Below, piece after piece: positions 1-12,616 of a stretch of 64,000 nt of DNA. Source of the stretch: Eledone cirrhosa (taxonomy: Eukaryota). Positions within the stretch are counted from its first letter, which is position 1; each line of letters starts with the position of its first letter. Location: positions 13,144,001 to 13,208,000 of the forward strand of contig OZ024760.1 in the NCBI GenBank assembly GCA_964016885.1. Reading direction: 5' to 3'. The position numbers and the translations under genes were made by a program. The notes under the pieces are model-generated. The model made no database searches. It saw nothing but the letters and a program-made list of their open reading frames with translations, and was not told the origin of the DNA.

Positions 1-79
1 AGATAGATAGATAGATAGATTAATAGATAGATTGATATACAGATAGACAGACAGACAGACAGAAGTAAGGTGTACTTAC

Positions 80-1375
80 CAGTGGTCGTTTAAACACCAT
101 TCTCTCGTATTTATCTTCACCACTGTATACATAACTAAGAGATGAAATATCTGGAGGGAAACTATTATCCACAAATAAAAGGGCTCCAACATCTATACCT
201 TCTGGATTTAAACAACAATCATCATCTACATCTAACTTTGTTCCTCTTCCTTCTTCATCCTCTTCATTTTCTTTTTCTTTTTCTTCTGGCTTTAATTTAG
301 AATTAGTGTTGCTCCGTTCGGGTTTTGTCTCACCCTCCCTCTCACGTTGTGTCTCTGAATCCCCCAATATAGGGACGTCCGAACCAACCTGTGTGTTTTT
401 AGACCAGATACCGCCTGATACACTTTCGAGTTGAACACCAACTGTGTTCTCTTGTTGTTGTTGTTGTTGTTGGTGGTGTTGTGGTTGTTGTTGTTCTCTC
501 TGTTCCTGTTGTTTACTATCATGCTGTTGTTGTTGTTGTAATTCTAGCTGTTGTTGTTGTTCTAGAAGTTTCCTGCAATGTCGACCAAGGAACTGTTCCT
601 TCAGTGCCAAAAACTCTGGGTTCTGTATCACCTGTCGGTTCCCCTTCTGTCCCTGTTCCACGGCCCTTGAGGTCCGGACTGATGTTGTGGGGGTTGAGAC
701 AGCAGCAGCAGCAGCAGCTATAGCAGCAACTGCTGGTGATGGTGATGGTGATGATGATGATGTTGATGATGATGTTGATGTTAAAAATGATGATGGTGAT
801 GGTGATGATGATGCTGCTACTGCTGCTGCTGCTGCCGTTGTTGATGTTATTGTTGTTGTTTTTGTTGTTGTTGTTGCCGGTGGTGGTGGGGTGGCTGCTG
901 GTGGTGATGTCGGGGATGTGGGCAGGGAGTGTGTCAGTGAGGGTTGCAACGGTGGGGATGAAGGTAAGGAGAGTGGTGGTGGTGGTGGTGGTGGTGGTGG
1001 AGGCGGCGGTTGTGGCGGCGGTGGTGGAGGTGGTAGTGGTGGTGGTCGAGGTTTGGAGGGGGTGACTGAGGACAGTGTTGCCGTGGTGGTGGTGGTGGTG
1101 GTGGTGGTGGTGGTGATGGTGGTGGCTTTTGATGAACACGATGGTGGTGATGATGATGCTGATATTGCTGTTGTTGTTGCTGCTGCTGATGACGGTGATG
1201 ATGATGATGGTGGTGATGGAGGCGGAGGGGATGGTGATGGAGGTGAAGGCGAGGGTGGCGGTGCTGGAGGGGGAGGGAGGGGTAATGTTGACATAGGTGC
1301 TGACAACGATAACGGAGATGATGATGATGATGACGACGATGATGATGATGTCTTTGTTGACAGTGCTGTTGTCAT
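80..1375 (-). CDS. Probable host-gene coding exon, low complexity (Ser/Pro/Thr/Gln-rich) with a unique acidic C-terminal part; 5' boundary uncertain
   Basis: Open frame with non-repetitive segments (VIQNPEFLALKEQFLGRHCRKLLE; DDDCCLNPEGIDVGALLFVDNSFPPDISSLSYVYSGEDKYERMVFKRPL) ending at a phase-0 donor CTG|GTAAGT at 80/79, followed by (TCTG)/(TCTA)n. Confidence 0.5.
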
Positions 1376-2010
1376 TGTTGTTGTTGTTGTTGTTGTTGTA
1401 GTTCCTTAAACTCCAATAGTTGTTGTAGTTGTTGTTGTTGTAGTTGTTGGCGTCTTCTTGGTAAAGTCCAAACTGTTGTTGTTGTTGTTGTTGTTTTCTT
1501 CTTGGTATAGTCCTTAATACTGTTGTTGTTGTTGTTACTGTGTTGTTATTGTTACTAGTGTTGTTGTTGTTGTTACTGTTGTAGTTACTATTGTTGTTGT
1601 TGTTGTTGTTACTATTGTTGTTGTTGTTGTTGTTACTGCTGTTGTTGTTGTTTATCTTCTTAGTAAAGTCCAAAATGCTGTTGTTTTTCTTCACCTTGGT
1701 ATAATCCTTAATGTTGTTGTTGTTGTTGCTGTTGTTGTTGTTGTAGTTGTTGGTGTTGTTGTTGGTGTTGTTGTTGGTGTTGTTGGTGTTGTTGTTGTTG
1801 TTGTTACTCAAGTTCCCCCAGTTGTAACTACAATTGATATTGTTGATATGATTCTTAACACTGCTGCTGCTACCGTTGCTGCTGGTACTGCTGCTGTTGT
1901 TGCTGCTACAGTTGCTGCTGTTGTTGCTGCTACAGTTGCTGCTGTTGTAGTTGTTGTTGCTGTTGCTGTTTCTGTAGCTGCTGCTGCTGCTGTTGCTGCT
2001 GTAGCTGTGG
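1376..2010. repeat. Compound trinucleotide (TTG/CTG) tract, possibly upstream part of the exon
   Basis: Asn/Ser/Gln-rich minus-strand frames with a duplicated IKDYTK...LDFTKK motif in different frames. Confidence 0.6.
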
Positions 2011-2335
2011 ATGTGACAGCTGCGACAGTCTGGAAAACTGGAGATATCTGTGTGCTGGCATAGTGACAGTGAGAGAGGGGGGGGAGCAGGTGAGAGAGGG
2101 GGGAGCAGGTGAGAGAGGAAGGAGATAGAGAGAGAGAGAGAGGAGGAGAGCAGGAGAGAGAGGGGGAGAGGAAGGAGATAGAGAGAGAGAGAGGGGGAGA
2201 GCAGGAGAGAGAGGGGGGAGAGCAGGTGAGAGAGGAAGGAGATAGAGAGAGGGGGAGAGAGAGTAAAGAGGGAAAAGTAAGGTGAGTTATATACACACAT
2301 GAATACACATGTTTATATATATATATATATGTATG

Positions 2336-2368
<33 letters not shown>

Positions 2369-2369
2369 G

Positions 2370-2440
<71 letters not shown>

Positions 2441-2445
2441 ATATA

Positions 2446-2498
2446 ACCCATGCTACCGTGGAAAACGGACGTTAAACGAAGATGATGATGATGATGAT
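2446..2498 (+). mobile_element. Extreme 3' stub of RTE LINE or RTE-tailed SINE
   Basis: acccatgctaccgtggaaaacggacgttaaacg(atg)n resembles the terminus at 8255-8316. Confidence 0.75.
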
Positions 2499-2555
2499 AT
2501 ATATATATAGAGAGAGAGAAGGGGAAGGGGGAGATAGATAGATAGATAGATAGAT

Positions 2556-2676
2556 GGACATGCTTACAAAGTTAGAAAAATTTTTTGCATGCTCAGAGTG
2601 GCTGAAACATGGAACAAACTCCCTGCATTAGTTTTTAGCTGTCGGGACATTGCATCCTTCAAAACTTCCATCCTTC
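2556..2676 (+). mobile_element. CR1/L2-group LINE 3' ORF2 fragment
   Basis: Translates to LRVAETWNKLPALVFSCRDIASFK, the typical RV..WN.LP..V.......FK C-terminal motif. Confidence 0.7.
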
Positions 2677-3010
2677 CCAAAATACACCTCATATTCTCCC
2701 AAAATACACCTCATATTCTCCCAAAATACACCTCATATTCTCCCAAAATACACCTAATATTCTCCCAAAATACACCTCATATTCTCCCAAAATACACCTC
2801 ATATTCCTCCAAAATACACCTGATATTCTCCCAAAATACACCTGATATTCTCCCAAAATACACCTCATATTCTCCCAAAATACACCTGATTTTCTCCCAA
2901 AATACACCTCATATTCTCCCAAAATACACCTCATATTTTCCCAAAATACACCTCATATTCTCCCAAAATACAACTCATATTCTCCCAAAATACACCTCAT
3001 ATTCTCCCAC
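2674..3010 (+). repeat. 22-bp minisatellite (ctcccaaaatacacctcatatt), about 15 copies
   Basis: Direct tandem periodicity of 22 nt. Confidence 0.95.
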
Positions 3011-3128
3011 TACACTCATACATTTTATCTGATGTTCCAACAACTCTGATAATTTGTTGCCTCAAGATCCCGTAATCGGGTGAAAGCGGAAATATTTTCT
3101 TAAACTTTAATCCGTACTAATAATAAAA

Positions 3129-3215
<87 letters not shown>

Positions 3216-3249
3216 CTACACACCCTCGGATCTCTCTTCCCACACACTT

Positions 3250-3283
3250 TTCGCCTGAAGAAGGGCTTATGCCCGAAACGTCC
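3250..3283 (+). ncRNA. Minimal hammerhead ribozyme core (PLE type)
   Basis: CTGAAGA-A-GGGC-TTAT-GCCC-GAAAC-GTC; AATAAA and a pyrimidine-rich tail follow, ending at (TA)n near 3370; stem I partner degraded. Confidence 0.75.
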
Positions 3284-3388
3284 CCCCCCCCCCCTCACTC
3301 TCAAGAGCGTGAAACTAATAAACCTTTGTTCATACTGCCTCTCTGTTTTGTTCCCGTTCCATTTTTCACTATATATATACATGTATAT

Positions 3389-3429
<41 letters not shown>

Positions 3430-3474
3430 CATATATATATATATTCACACACACACATATATGCACACACACAC

Positions 3475-3515
<41 letters not shown>

Positions 3516-3598
3516 TACAAACACACATATATACATATATATATACACATGCATACATACAAACACACACAAACACACACACGCATATATACACACAC

Positions 3599-3629
<31 letters not shown>

Positions 3630-3656
3630 TATATATATACACACACATATATATAT

Positions 3657-3687
<31 letters not shown>

Positions 3688-3876
3688 CACACCCACATAT
3701 ATATATGAAGTAATTTTTACTATAATAATTAGTTTAGTTTAGTAAATAAATAAATACTTTCAGTAAAATAAAGGAAATAAAGAAAATATAGATTTAATAA
3801 ATTTCATTGATTTCTTGAGCAGAAGATATTTTTAAAATTTGGAGAAATATCTTCTCATGACGTTTTTTATATCTTG

Positions 3877-3927
<51 letters not shown>

Positions 3928-4262
3928 GGAGGCACATGGCTTCGTGGTTAGAGCATTGGCCTTGCAATTGAAAGGTTGTGAGTTCAATTCTCAGGCCGGG
4001 TGATGTGTTGTTTCCTTGAGCAAGACACTTTATTTCACATTGCTCCAGTTTACTCAGCTGTAGAAATGAGATGATAGGGACTAGAGTCCATATCATTCCA
4101 CTGCAAAGTGGTCGTGGAGGTGCCACGGCAAAAAAGCACCCAGCACTCACTGTAAATGAGGTTGGTGTTAGGAAGGGCATCCAGCTGTAGAAATCAAGCC
4201 AGAATCAGTTCCCGTCCCACCCTTGCAAGCAGGGAAAAGCGGATGTAAAATGAAATGATGAT
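3928..4262 (+). mobile_element. tRNA-derived SINE with RTE-derived 3' tail
   Basis: A-box-like tggcttcgtggttaga, B-box-like gagttcaattc, tail gttaggaagggcatccagctgtagaaa...(atg)n; close copy at 25051-25387. Confidence 0.9.
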
Positions 4263-4306
4263 ATATATATATGTGGGTGTGTGTGAATGTATATATATAT
4301 ATATAC

Positions 4307-4500
4307 AATGATATTAAATAAATGGAAACTATATTTATAAAACCATATTTATTTTATTATATATATTTCAAGGGCAACCAAGACACCATTGGTGCGCTTT
4401 CATCAGATAAAATACAAAGTTTGTTTTATAAATAGAGACATACCCATGAAAATCATGCCTTATCGGTTGGAAATTCACTGGATAGTGGAAACATATTAGG
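4307..4500 (-). mobile_element. PLE 3' remnant, family A (tail-less arm); may extend to about 5160
   Basis: Matches 11481-11620 and 21380-21445; contains hammerhead; abuts (TA)n. Confidence 0.75.
4350..4414 (-). ncRNA. Type-I hammerhead ribozyme
   Basis: Minus strand TATTTTAT-CTGATGA-stem [22 protein letters not shown], 8-bp stem I. Confidence 0.8.
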
Positions 4501-5451
4501 GATTATTCAAACTTATGTGTGAATATGCAAATGAATGTGTAAATAATTGAAAAAACAACCGTTTATTTAAATGACACTGGATAAAGATAGGGAAGAAAGA
4601 AAGAGAAAAAAAAGAGGGCGAGAAAAGATATTAATATTACGAGATAGATAGAGAGAAGAAATTTACAAAAGGATGAATAGAACACATGTAACGTAAATAT
4701 AGGGGATTAAATTTTAAGTATATATCTACTAATGGTACGTATATTTGCTATTATTTAGTTGTTAGAATTCTTTTCTAATATAATATTTACTGTTATAAGT
4801 AAATGGAAACATAAATAGATATACATAGAAAAATAAAAGAATAAATCAATAAATAGATAGATAAATGGATAGCTGGGTATATCGTGTTATAGATAATTGT
4901 TTTAATGTGTTATGAGGGATATTGGTTTATATTTAATGTAAGTAATTAAGTTAACTGAGTTAATAAGAATATTTATATATATATATATACACACACATAT
5001 ATATATATATATTTTAAATATTTTAAATTGGGAAGATACTGAAAAAACTCCAGTTTTGTTTATTTAATAGTTATTATGAGACCATTTTGTCAAAATAAGT
5101 TTAAATTTTAAAGATATAAATGTTGAAAGATATATTTAGCCTGCATTAGTTAGTGGTTATAAATTTAATAAAAGATATTAAAAAGTTTTATTAAAAAATG
5201 TTAAAGAATATTAAAAATTGGGGAAAATTTTTTAAAAATTAAAAAAAAATAATTAAAAAAATAAAATCTTTAAAAAAAATCTTAAAAACCCTTAAAAAAT
5301 ATTTTATAAGAGATAAGTAGATTTTTAAAAAAATAAGTAATTTTTTAGAAATAAGTAATTTTTAAAATATATGAAAGATTTAAGAAGTAAAAAATAAAAA
5401 ATAAAGAATTAAAAAACCTTAAAAAATATTATTGCAATATAGAAAAGTAAT

Positions 5452-5613
5452 AATTGTTTCTACTTTAGGCACAAGGCCAGCAATTACCTAGTACATTACT
5501 GGTACTTTATTTTATCGACCCTGTAAGGATGAAAGGCAAAGTCAACCTCGGCGGGATTTGAACTCAGATCGTAAAGGGACGTAACTATGCTGGAAAGTAT
5601 GGCATCCGACCCT
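5452..5613 (-). mobile_element. tRNA-derived SINE, abundant family (partial)
   Basis: ggcacaaggccagcaatt...tttatcgaccc...ggatgaaaggcaaagtcaacctcggcgggatttgaactcag, shared by many copies in the window. Confidence 0.85.
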
Positions 5614-6320
5614 AAAAAACAAACTAAGTGGAGAAGAGGAGGGGGGGAGGCTGGCAGCATTACCTCTGTTAATCATAATTACTGTAGAGAGAGAAGAGAG
5701 TTAAAGTTATCTAATGTTACATAGGGAGGGAGGAGGAGATGAAAGAAGTAAAAAAAGAAGGAGAGAGAAGAAGAAAAAGAAGAAGAAGAAGGGAGAAGGA
5801 GGAGGAAAAGAAAATGGAAGGAGAAGAAGAAGAGAATTTCTTTTTAGATGTCATAATTTACAGATTTTCTTTATAACTGTTCTGGTTTCTAGATCTGTGA
5901 CTTCTGGAAGAGTCACAGGGGCACCACACTGACATACAGTGTTTCTTGGTCATTTGTTAAACATATCGGAGCTGATCTCTCTCTCCAGGTCTGAATACAG
6001 TAGATTTCCTCCAGAGATGTATAGATAGAGTGAGAGAATAGAAGTGAGATATAGAGAAAGAATCGACCCCAGTACTTGACTGGTACTATATTTGTATGTA
6101 TGAATGGTCCTCTAATTCCTGTTGGGGTAGTAGGGGTGCCATATTGACATACAGCATTTTAAAACATGGCTGAAGAACCCTTCTCCTCTCCAGGTCTGAA
6201 TACAGCAGATTTCTTCTTGAGAAGGATAGAAAGAGTGAGGGAATGGAAGTGAGAAAGAGATATAGAGGAAGAATCAACCCAGTAGCTGACTGGTACTTAT
6301 ATATATGTATATATATATAT

Positions 6321-6514
6321 ATATTTAATATAGAAATGGCTTCTACAGGACTAGAACTGTTTCATTTGGGAAAAATCATCAGGACACCCTGATGATTTCT
6401 CCTAAATGAAACAGTTCTAGTCCTGTAGAAGCCATTTCTATATTAAATATTTATACTCTGCTATGTATTGAGTACCTTACTGTGGTTACCCCCCGACTGA
6501 ACCTGGGATAAACT
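6321..6514 (+). mobile_element. PLE fold-back module, family B
   Basis: Inverted arms 6321-6383/6388-6450 with CTGATGA...GAAAC on both strands, unpaired tail with ACTC-tgc-tat-gta-TT-GAGT; (TA)n both sides. Confidence 0.85.
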
Positions 6515-6827
6515 TATATATATATATATTTGTGTGTGTGGAGAGAGAGAGAGAGAGAGGAAGTAAGAAAGAAATATAGAGGAACAATTGACCCCAGTAC
6601 TTGACTGCTACTTTTGTTTATTGACCTTGAAGAGTCACCATTTGGCTCCATCTTCAATGCTTCAACAGTCAAAGAGCTGAAGACACTGGGTCTATAACCA
6701 ACACAACATTAACATAGATAGATATACATTATCAACTCTCTGATAGGTAAAGCATATGACCACACACACACACTTACATACACATAAACACACACGCACA
6801 CACACAATGTAAATTAAATATAATTAA

Positions 6828-6858
<31 letters not shown>

Positions 6859-7803
6859 CTAACGCTCATAGCTGAATCAATGACCGAACTAGAGAAGAAA
6901 TTCCAAACGTGGAAGCACGGCCTAGAATCAAAAGGCCTTAAAATTAACCTGGCTAAGACTAAAGTTCTAGTTTGTAGGAAAGAAAATAAGGCGGCGGTCC
7001 CATCGGGGAAATGGCCATGCTCAGTGTGTAGGAAAGGCGTAGGTAGAAACTCCATTTTATGTCCCAAATGCAAAGTATGGGTGCATAAAAGATGTAGTGG
7101 GATCACAGGTAAGCTAACTAAGAACATAGATTTTACATGTGGCCGGTGCTCTGGTGCAATAAGTAGCAGCAAGTGCCCACAAAATACTAGCTCCTTCAAC
7201 TGCGCAGAGGGTTCTATAGAAATAGTGGACAGCTTCCGTTATCTGGGTGACAAAATCAGCAGTGGGGGAGGGTGCTCTGAAAGTACAGTAGCTAGAGTCA
7301 GAACTGGATGGAAAAAGTTCAGAGAGCTTATACCACTATTAGCCGCTAGAGGGTTCTCCCTAAAAATGAAAGGCAGGTTATACGATGCCTGCATACGAAC
7401 AGCAATGCTGCATGGCAGTGAGACCTGGGCATTGTGTGCAGAGGATATACGCAGACTAGAGAGGAACGAAGCTTGCATGCTCCGCTGGATGTGCAATAGT
7501 AATATACGTGAACGGCAAAGCATAAACGAACTAAGGAAAAAATTAGAAATAAGAGGGATCAGATGTTGTTTACTCGAGAGAAGGCTACGTTGGTACGGTC
7601 ACGTGATGCGCATGAAAGACGACAGCTGTATAACAAAGTGCAGGGCAATAAAGATAGACGGTAGCCACGGAGTAGGCAGACCCAGAAAAACATGGGACGA
7701 GCTGATAAATTCCGACCTCACACGCTTACACCTCTCCAAGACAATGTCACTGGACCGAGACCTTTGGCGGTACTCAGTAATAGAGAAGACCCGCCTTACC
7801 TAA
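6859..7803 (+). pseudogene. 5'-truncated RTE-clade LINE ORF (late RT domains and C-terminus) with inserted PHD-type zinc finger
   Basis: GLKINLAKTKVL, VDSFRYLGD, LYDACIRTAMLHGSETW, RRLRWYGHVMR, GRPRKTW; C4HC3 finger 7018-7149; starts directly after (TA)n just downstream of the expected YADD. Confidence 0.93.
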
Positions 7804-8316
7804 ATACAAAGTAAAAACCTACTACAGTCAGTAGGCATCTCTATCAAAACACACCCCCGTCCCACCACCCTCCACCCCACCCACACTGCCCCTTTCAATG
7901 TAAAGTTATGTTGGTCCCACAACATCCAGGCCGAAACAAATGAGATCGTGTAGGTGTCACGACAAAAAACACACAGTCCACGCTGTAAATGTGGCCGTGT
8001 AGGCAACACGGTAAAAACCTCCCAGCCCCACACTGTAAATGTGGTTGGTGTTAGGAAGGGCATCCAGCTGTAGAAAACCCGCCAGACAGTCCACGCTGTA
8101 ATGTGGCCGTGTAGGCAACACGGTAAAAACCTCCCAGCCCCACACTGTAAATGTGGTTGGTGTTAGGAAGGGCATCCAACTGTAGAAAACCCGCCAGACA
8201 GTCCTATGCGAGCAAGACAACCACTCTTGCCTCAAGTGGGAAAACCCCCGTCCAAACCCATGCAAGCGTGGAACACGGACGCTAAACCTGATGATGATGA
8301 TGATGATGATGATGAT
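7804..8316 (+). mobile_element. RTE LINE 3' UTR with about 113-bp tandem duplication and (GAT)n tail
   Basis: Duplicated unit 7973-8204; tail 8290-8316. Confidence 0.85.
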
Positions 8317-8405
8317 ATATATATATATATACACACATCATTTCTATATATATATACCATATGTATTATATATATAATAATATGTGTATATATACACATA
8401 CATAT

Positions 8406-8502
<97 letters not shown>

Positions 8503-9410
8503 AATATATACACCTCTAAATTTACAAACGAGAATCAGTACAGAATATAGAAATGGATTGTAATTATTTATCATAGCTTATAGCTAATCCTATTTTCCTG
8601 ACAATCGTCACAGCTCACACAACAACAACAACAACACCAATCAAAGACCACACAGTACTTCATTTTGGTAATTTCAGATTTAAAATAACTATAGCCATTA
8701 ACCTAACTTCTGGTGACATCTTTGATGTAATATATAATTGAATAACAGGTTTAGATAAGCCTTTTAGAAAACCCTCTAAGAATATCTAATAGTTTAATGT
8801 AGGGTCCCCCCCCCCTCAGTTTTTAGAAGCTCATCAACAACAGAAGTATAAGAATACCTCTATCATCATCATCATCACCATCATCCATTTTTTGATTACA
8901 CAGGACCCAATTAATCTCTAAGTAGGAGTGAGTCCTGCCTGACAGCACTCCTTAGCATCTCACTCCATGTGTCTCTGTCCACCAGTCTCTCTTTGGCCAG
9001 GCCAAACCTAGGCTTTATCCCGATGGACATCCTCCATCCAAGTCTTTTTTGGTCTTCCTCGGCCTCTACTGACTCCTGGATCGACATTCATCATTTTACT
9101 GATCCAGCCCTCACTGCGCTCAACAAAACCATACTAGCGCATGTGTCTTGTGTGAAGCACATCCTTGAGGTCGTTGATCAGCAGTCTTTTCAGGAGCTCA
9201 GTTGAGCTGACATCATCCTCAGTGGTCACATATATCTCCTAATACAGTTGGTATACATCTGTTTAAGGTTTCTGCAGATGAACCATAGGTAATAAAGTAT
9301 CTTGCTCAAAGATATAAACACATCATCCAGTCTGGGAGTTGAACTCACAACCTCTCAATTGCGATGAATCCAATTCTCTCTTCTAACCACTGAACCAGGC
9401 ACTTTGTATA

Positions 9411-9700
9411 TTTTAACAAACACAACCTAAAAATATGTGACAGTCGCACGACAAACATGAAAAGTATACTATTACACATGCATCTACCTCCATGTTTCCA
9501 TCAATCAAAAACAGAAAAATGCAGGCATAAGGATATTTCCTAACCAAAATACAAATTCAGTTGACAAGTCATGCAAAGCTGACAATAATTTATGTACAAG
9601 TGGTCACTGCTCTGGAAGAAGTCAAATATATTACATAGGCATGACAAAAGAGAAGTTCAACCAAAGATGTAAAAATCATACACTATCCTGTCATAATTTT
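9411..9700 (+). pseudogene. Degenerate PLE linker/GIY-YIG fragment
   Basis: FNKHNLKICDSRTTNMKSIL and YYIGMTKEKFNQRCKNHTLS align by eye with LNPTTIRLSYSTALNL and YYVGSTATSFKSRLYRHSYS of the 56494 ORF. Confidence 0.7.
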
Positions 9701-9989
9701 AAAAAGGACCACATTGGCTATGTAGTCTTAGGTACACTTAGTCTGAAAAGAGACAGGTTAGTCACAGACAGTAACACTGTTTATTGTATGTTAGCTTCAT
9801 CATAAAATATACATTGTTTCAGTATGATTTTATATATATATATATTTTTGTGTGTGTGTGTGTATACATATATATGTGTATGCAAATATATATATATATT
9901 ATATAAACAAACATATATAAGCATATATATATATCTATGTGTCTGTATATATGTATACATATATATGTACATATATATATGTACATATA

Positions 9990-10031
<42 letters not shown>

Positions 10032-10066
10032 TTTATTCATATATAAGCATACATACATATGTATAC

Positions 10067-10122
<56 letters not shown>

Positions 10123-10617
10123 CATAAAATATATATATATATATATACATCTTGTGTCACCAACACCACCAACTACAATACTACCACCATAAATCTCTTC
10201 ACACATTAATTTCAGCTCCACCACCACCACAACCATCACCATCACTATCACTGCCACCACCACCATCACTATCACTGCCACCACCACCACCATCACCATC
10301 ACTGCCACCACCACCATCACCATCACTATCACTGCCACCACCACCACCACCACCATCACTGCCACCACCACCTCCACCACTAACTCCACTATTATCACCA
10401 TCATTATCATCACTATCACCATTATCACCATCACTAACTAACACTAAACAAAACTATCACTATTTAATATTTAAATGCCTGTTACCATAGTAACTGTACG
10501 ACCACCATATTGCTGGTGTCTTTCATTCCAGCATCCTCACTTAGTAATGAGACCAATGCATATCTAGGTAGCTAGAGCTTGTTAAATAGACGGACAGACA
10601 GACAATCTCTTAACTAG

Positions 10618-10661
<44 letters not shown>

Positions 10662-10734
10662 CATATCTAGGAAGCTAGAGCTTGTTAAATAGACAGACAC
10701 ACTTAGCTAGATGTTATATATATATATACACATC

Positions 10735-10818
10735 TCTATGCCCACTCTACATCTCCCTATGTATCGAGTACTCACAACTCACATGATTAGTGATCTCCTC
10801 GGTCTCAGCACTGCAGAC
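10735..10818 (+). mobile_element. Orphan PLE 3' tail
   Basis: ACTC-tac-atctccctat-gta-TC-GAGT at 10744-10769 between (TA)n tracts. Confidence 0.55.
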
Positions 10819-10892
10819 TATATATATATATATAATACATACATATACACATGCGCATATATAAATATACACACACAAATATATACAAATAG

Positions 10893-10952
<60 letters not shown>

Positions 10953-10954
<2 letters not shown>

Positions 10955-11352
10955 AGATCAAAAGATGGTTAAATGAGTTCCATGTATTTTATTATGTGCA
11001 TTTCAAAAACAAATATCATCATACAATAGCATTTGTGTTTTCATCAGATAAAATAGGAGGACATGATATGAAGGCTAAAAAACACTTGTGGATAGTGCAG
11101 TTTTAAATTAAAACTGCACTATCCACAAGTGTTTTTTAACCTTCATATCATGTCCTCCTATTTTATCTGATGAAAACACAAATGTTATTGCATGATGATA
11201 TTTGTTTTTGAAATGCGCATAATAAAATACGTGGAACTCATTTAACCATCTTTTGATCTTATATATTATGTATACTCCAGTCCTACAAACTGTAGAGTGC
11301 TTCTTATCCGATATCTGCATTGCTTTATTGTACTACAATAAAACTCACCTCC

Positions 11353-11355
<3 letters not shown>
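10953..11355 (+). mobile_element. PLE fold-back module, family D
   Basis: About 154-bp arms 10953-11106/11108-11262, then tail with ACTC-cag...ctg-TA-GAGT (11274-11298); (TA)n flanks. Confidence 0.9.
11159..11229 (+). ncRNA. Type-I hammerhead ribozyme (mirror copy on minus strand about 10985-11055)
   Basis: TATTTTAT-CTGATGA-long stem [22 protein letters not shown]; palindromic stem III; predicted cleavage after 11221. Confidence 0.88.
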
Positions 11356-11390
<35 letters not shown>

Positions 11391-11392
<2 letters not shown>

Positions 11393-11687
11393 CAAAAGGG
11401 ATATTCAATTTGTTGGTAATCCAACAAATATAAATGTTTATAACTGATTCAGAGCACTCGACAGTTTTCTGGAGTAAATATTCAATGATATTAAATAAAT
11501 GGAAACTATATTTATAAAACCATATTTATTCTATTATATATATTTCAAGGGTACCAAAACTTTGGTACGCTATCATCAGATAAAATAGGAAGTGTGTTTT
11601 ATAAATGTTGACATAACCAAGGAAAATATAGAATAGAATAAATATGGTTTTATAAATATAGTTTCCATTTATTTAATATCATTGAAT
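11391..11687 (-). mobile_element. PLE fold-back module, family A, with hammerhead at 11527-11587
   Basis: Arms 11481-11535/11632-11686; minus-strand CTGATGA...gtaccaaa/tttggtac...GAAATATATATA; tail motif 11456-11475. Confidence 0.85.
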
Positions 11688-11992
11688 CATATATATATAT
11701 ATACACACACACATATATATGCATATATATATATACACACACACACACATATATACAAATAGATAAAGATTTATATAACAAAACATATGTAAATGCTTGA
11801 AATAAATCCTATTGTACTGTGTAGTACAAATCTGTGTAAATCTTTATAACTTCCTGAAGTTATTAACGCACTATGGATAGATGTATTGTCTTTAATGTGT
11901 CGAAACATCCAAAACCCACAGCAGACAACTGAAGAGGGGAATTGTCTTATGTTTGTGTTTCCCTTACATTTCTAATGTATATATATATATAT

Positions 11993-12205
11993 AAGCAAAG
12001 AAAGTGTGGTAAGGAACCAGGTGGACCATAACACACCAGAGTACTCGATACTTAGGGTAGTAGAGTGGGTAATAGGAAAAGAGTCAGGACCCCGATGGCT
12101 GAGCTCTGGCCGTTTCGACAGTTAGATCTGAACTAGTTCAGATGAGTCCAGATCTAGCTGTCGAAATGGCCAGAGCTCAGCCGTCGGAGTCCTGACTCTT
12201 TTCCT
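11993..12205 (-). mobile_element. PLE fold-back module, family C
   Basis: Arms about 12072-12135/12145-12205; tail with motif 12043-12066; homologous to 24838 and 29829 copies. Confidence 0.8.
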
Positions 12206-12244
12206 ATATATATATATATGTGTATGTGTGTGTGTGTGTATATT

Positions 12245-12412
12245 TGGGGGCAGTCAATTAAATTGATCCCAGTGCATTACTGGTACTTTATTTTATCGAC
12301 TCCATAAGGATAAAAGGCAAAGCTAACCTTGGTGGGATCTGAACTTAGAACATAAAGAAGCGTAACTCTATGCAGTAAAACATGTCCGATGCTTTACTGA
12401 TGTTGCCAATCC
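12245..12412 (-). mobile_element. tRNA-derived SINE, abundant family
   Basis: Shared core ccagtgcattactggtactttattttatcgac...aaaggcaaagctaacc. Confidence 0.8.
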
Positions 12413-12616
12413 TAATAATAACAACAATAATAAATGACGGAAGAGTAAAAAGCCTGCCAACTGCAACAAACATTTATGTCATCCATTATAAAGACATCAT
12501 TACACCGTCGTTAGATGACGGAGTTAATTATAGTCAAATTTTGACTTCACATTGACGCCATATCTGAAGTTATTGTTCAATTGTGAGCTTGAATACCTTC
12601 TTGTAAACCTGATAAA

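Noticed and set aside
444-1409. Plus-strand Cys-rich, metallothionein- or keratin-like ORF
   Set aside because: Antisense reading of the CAA/CAG repeats of the better-supported minus-strand frame
3928-4000. tRNA genes at SINE heads
   Set aside because: Continuous with SINE bodies in multiple dispersed copies; no complete cloverleaf seen
10953-11262. Hairpins as miRNA precursors or terminators
   Set aside because: Explained by repeated PLE architecture with hammerheads; small-RNA production cannot be judged from sequence
11895-11950. GAAAC followed by CTGAAGA as a hammerhead
   Set aside because: Could not assemble consistent stems by eye
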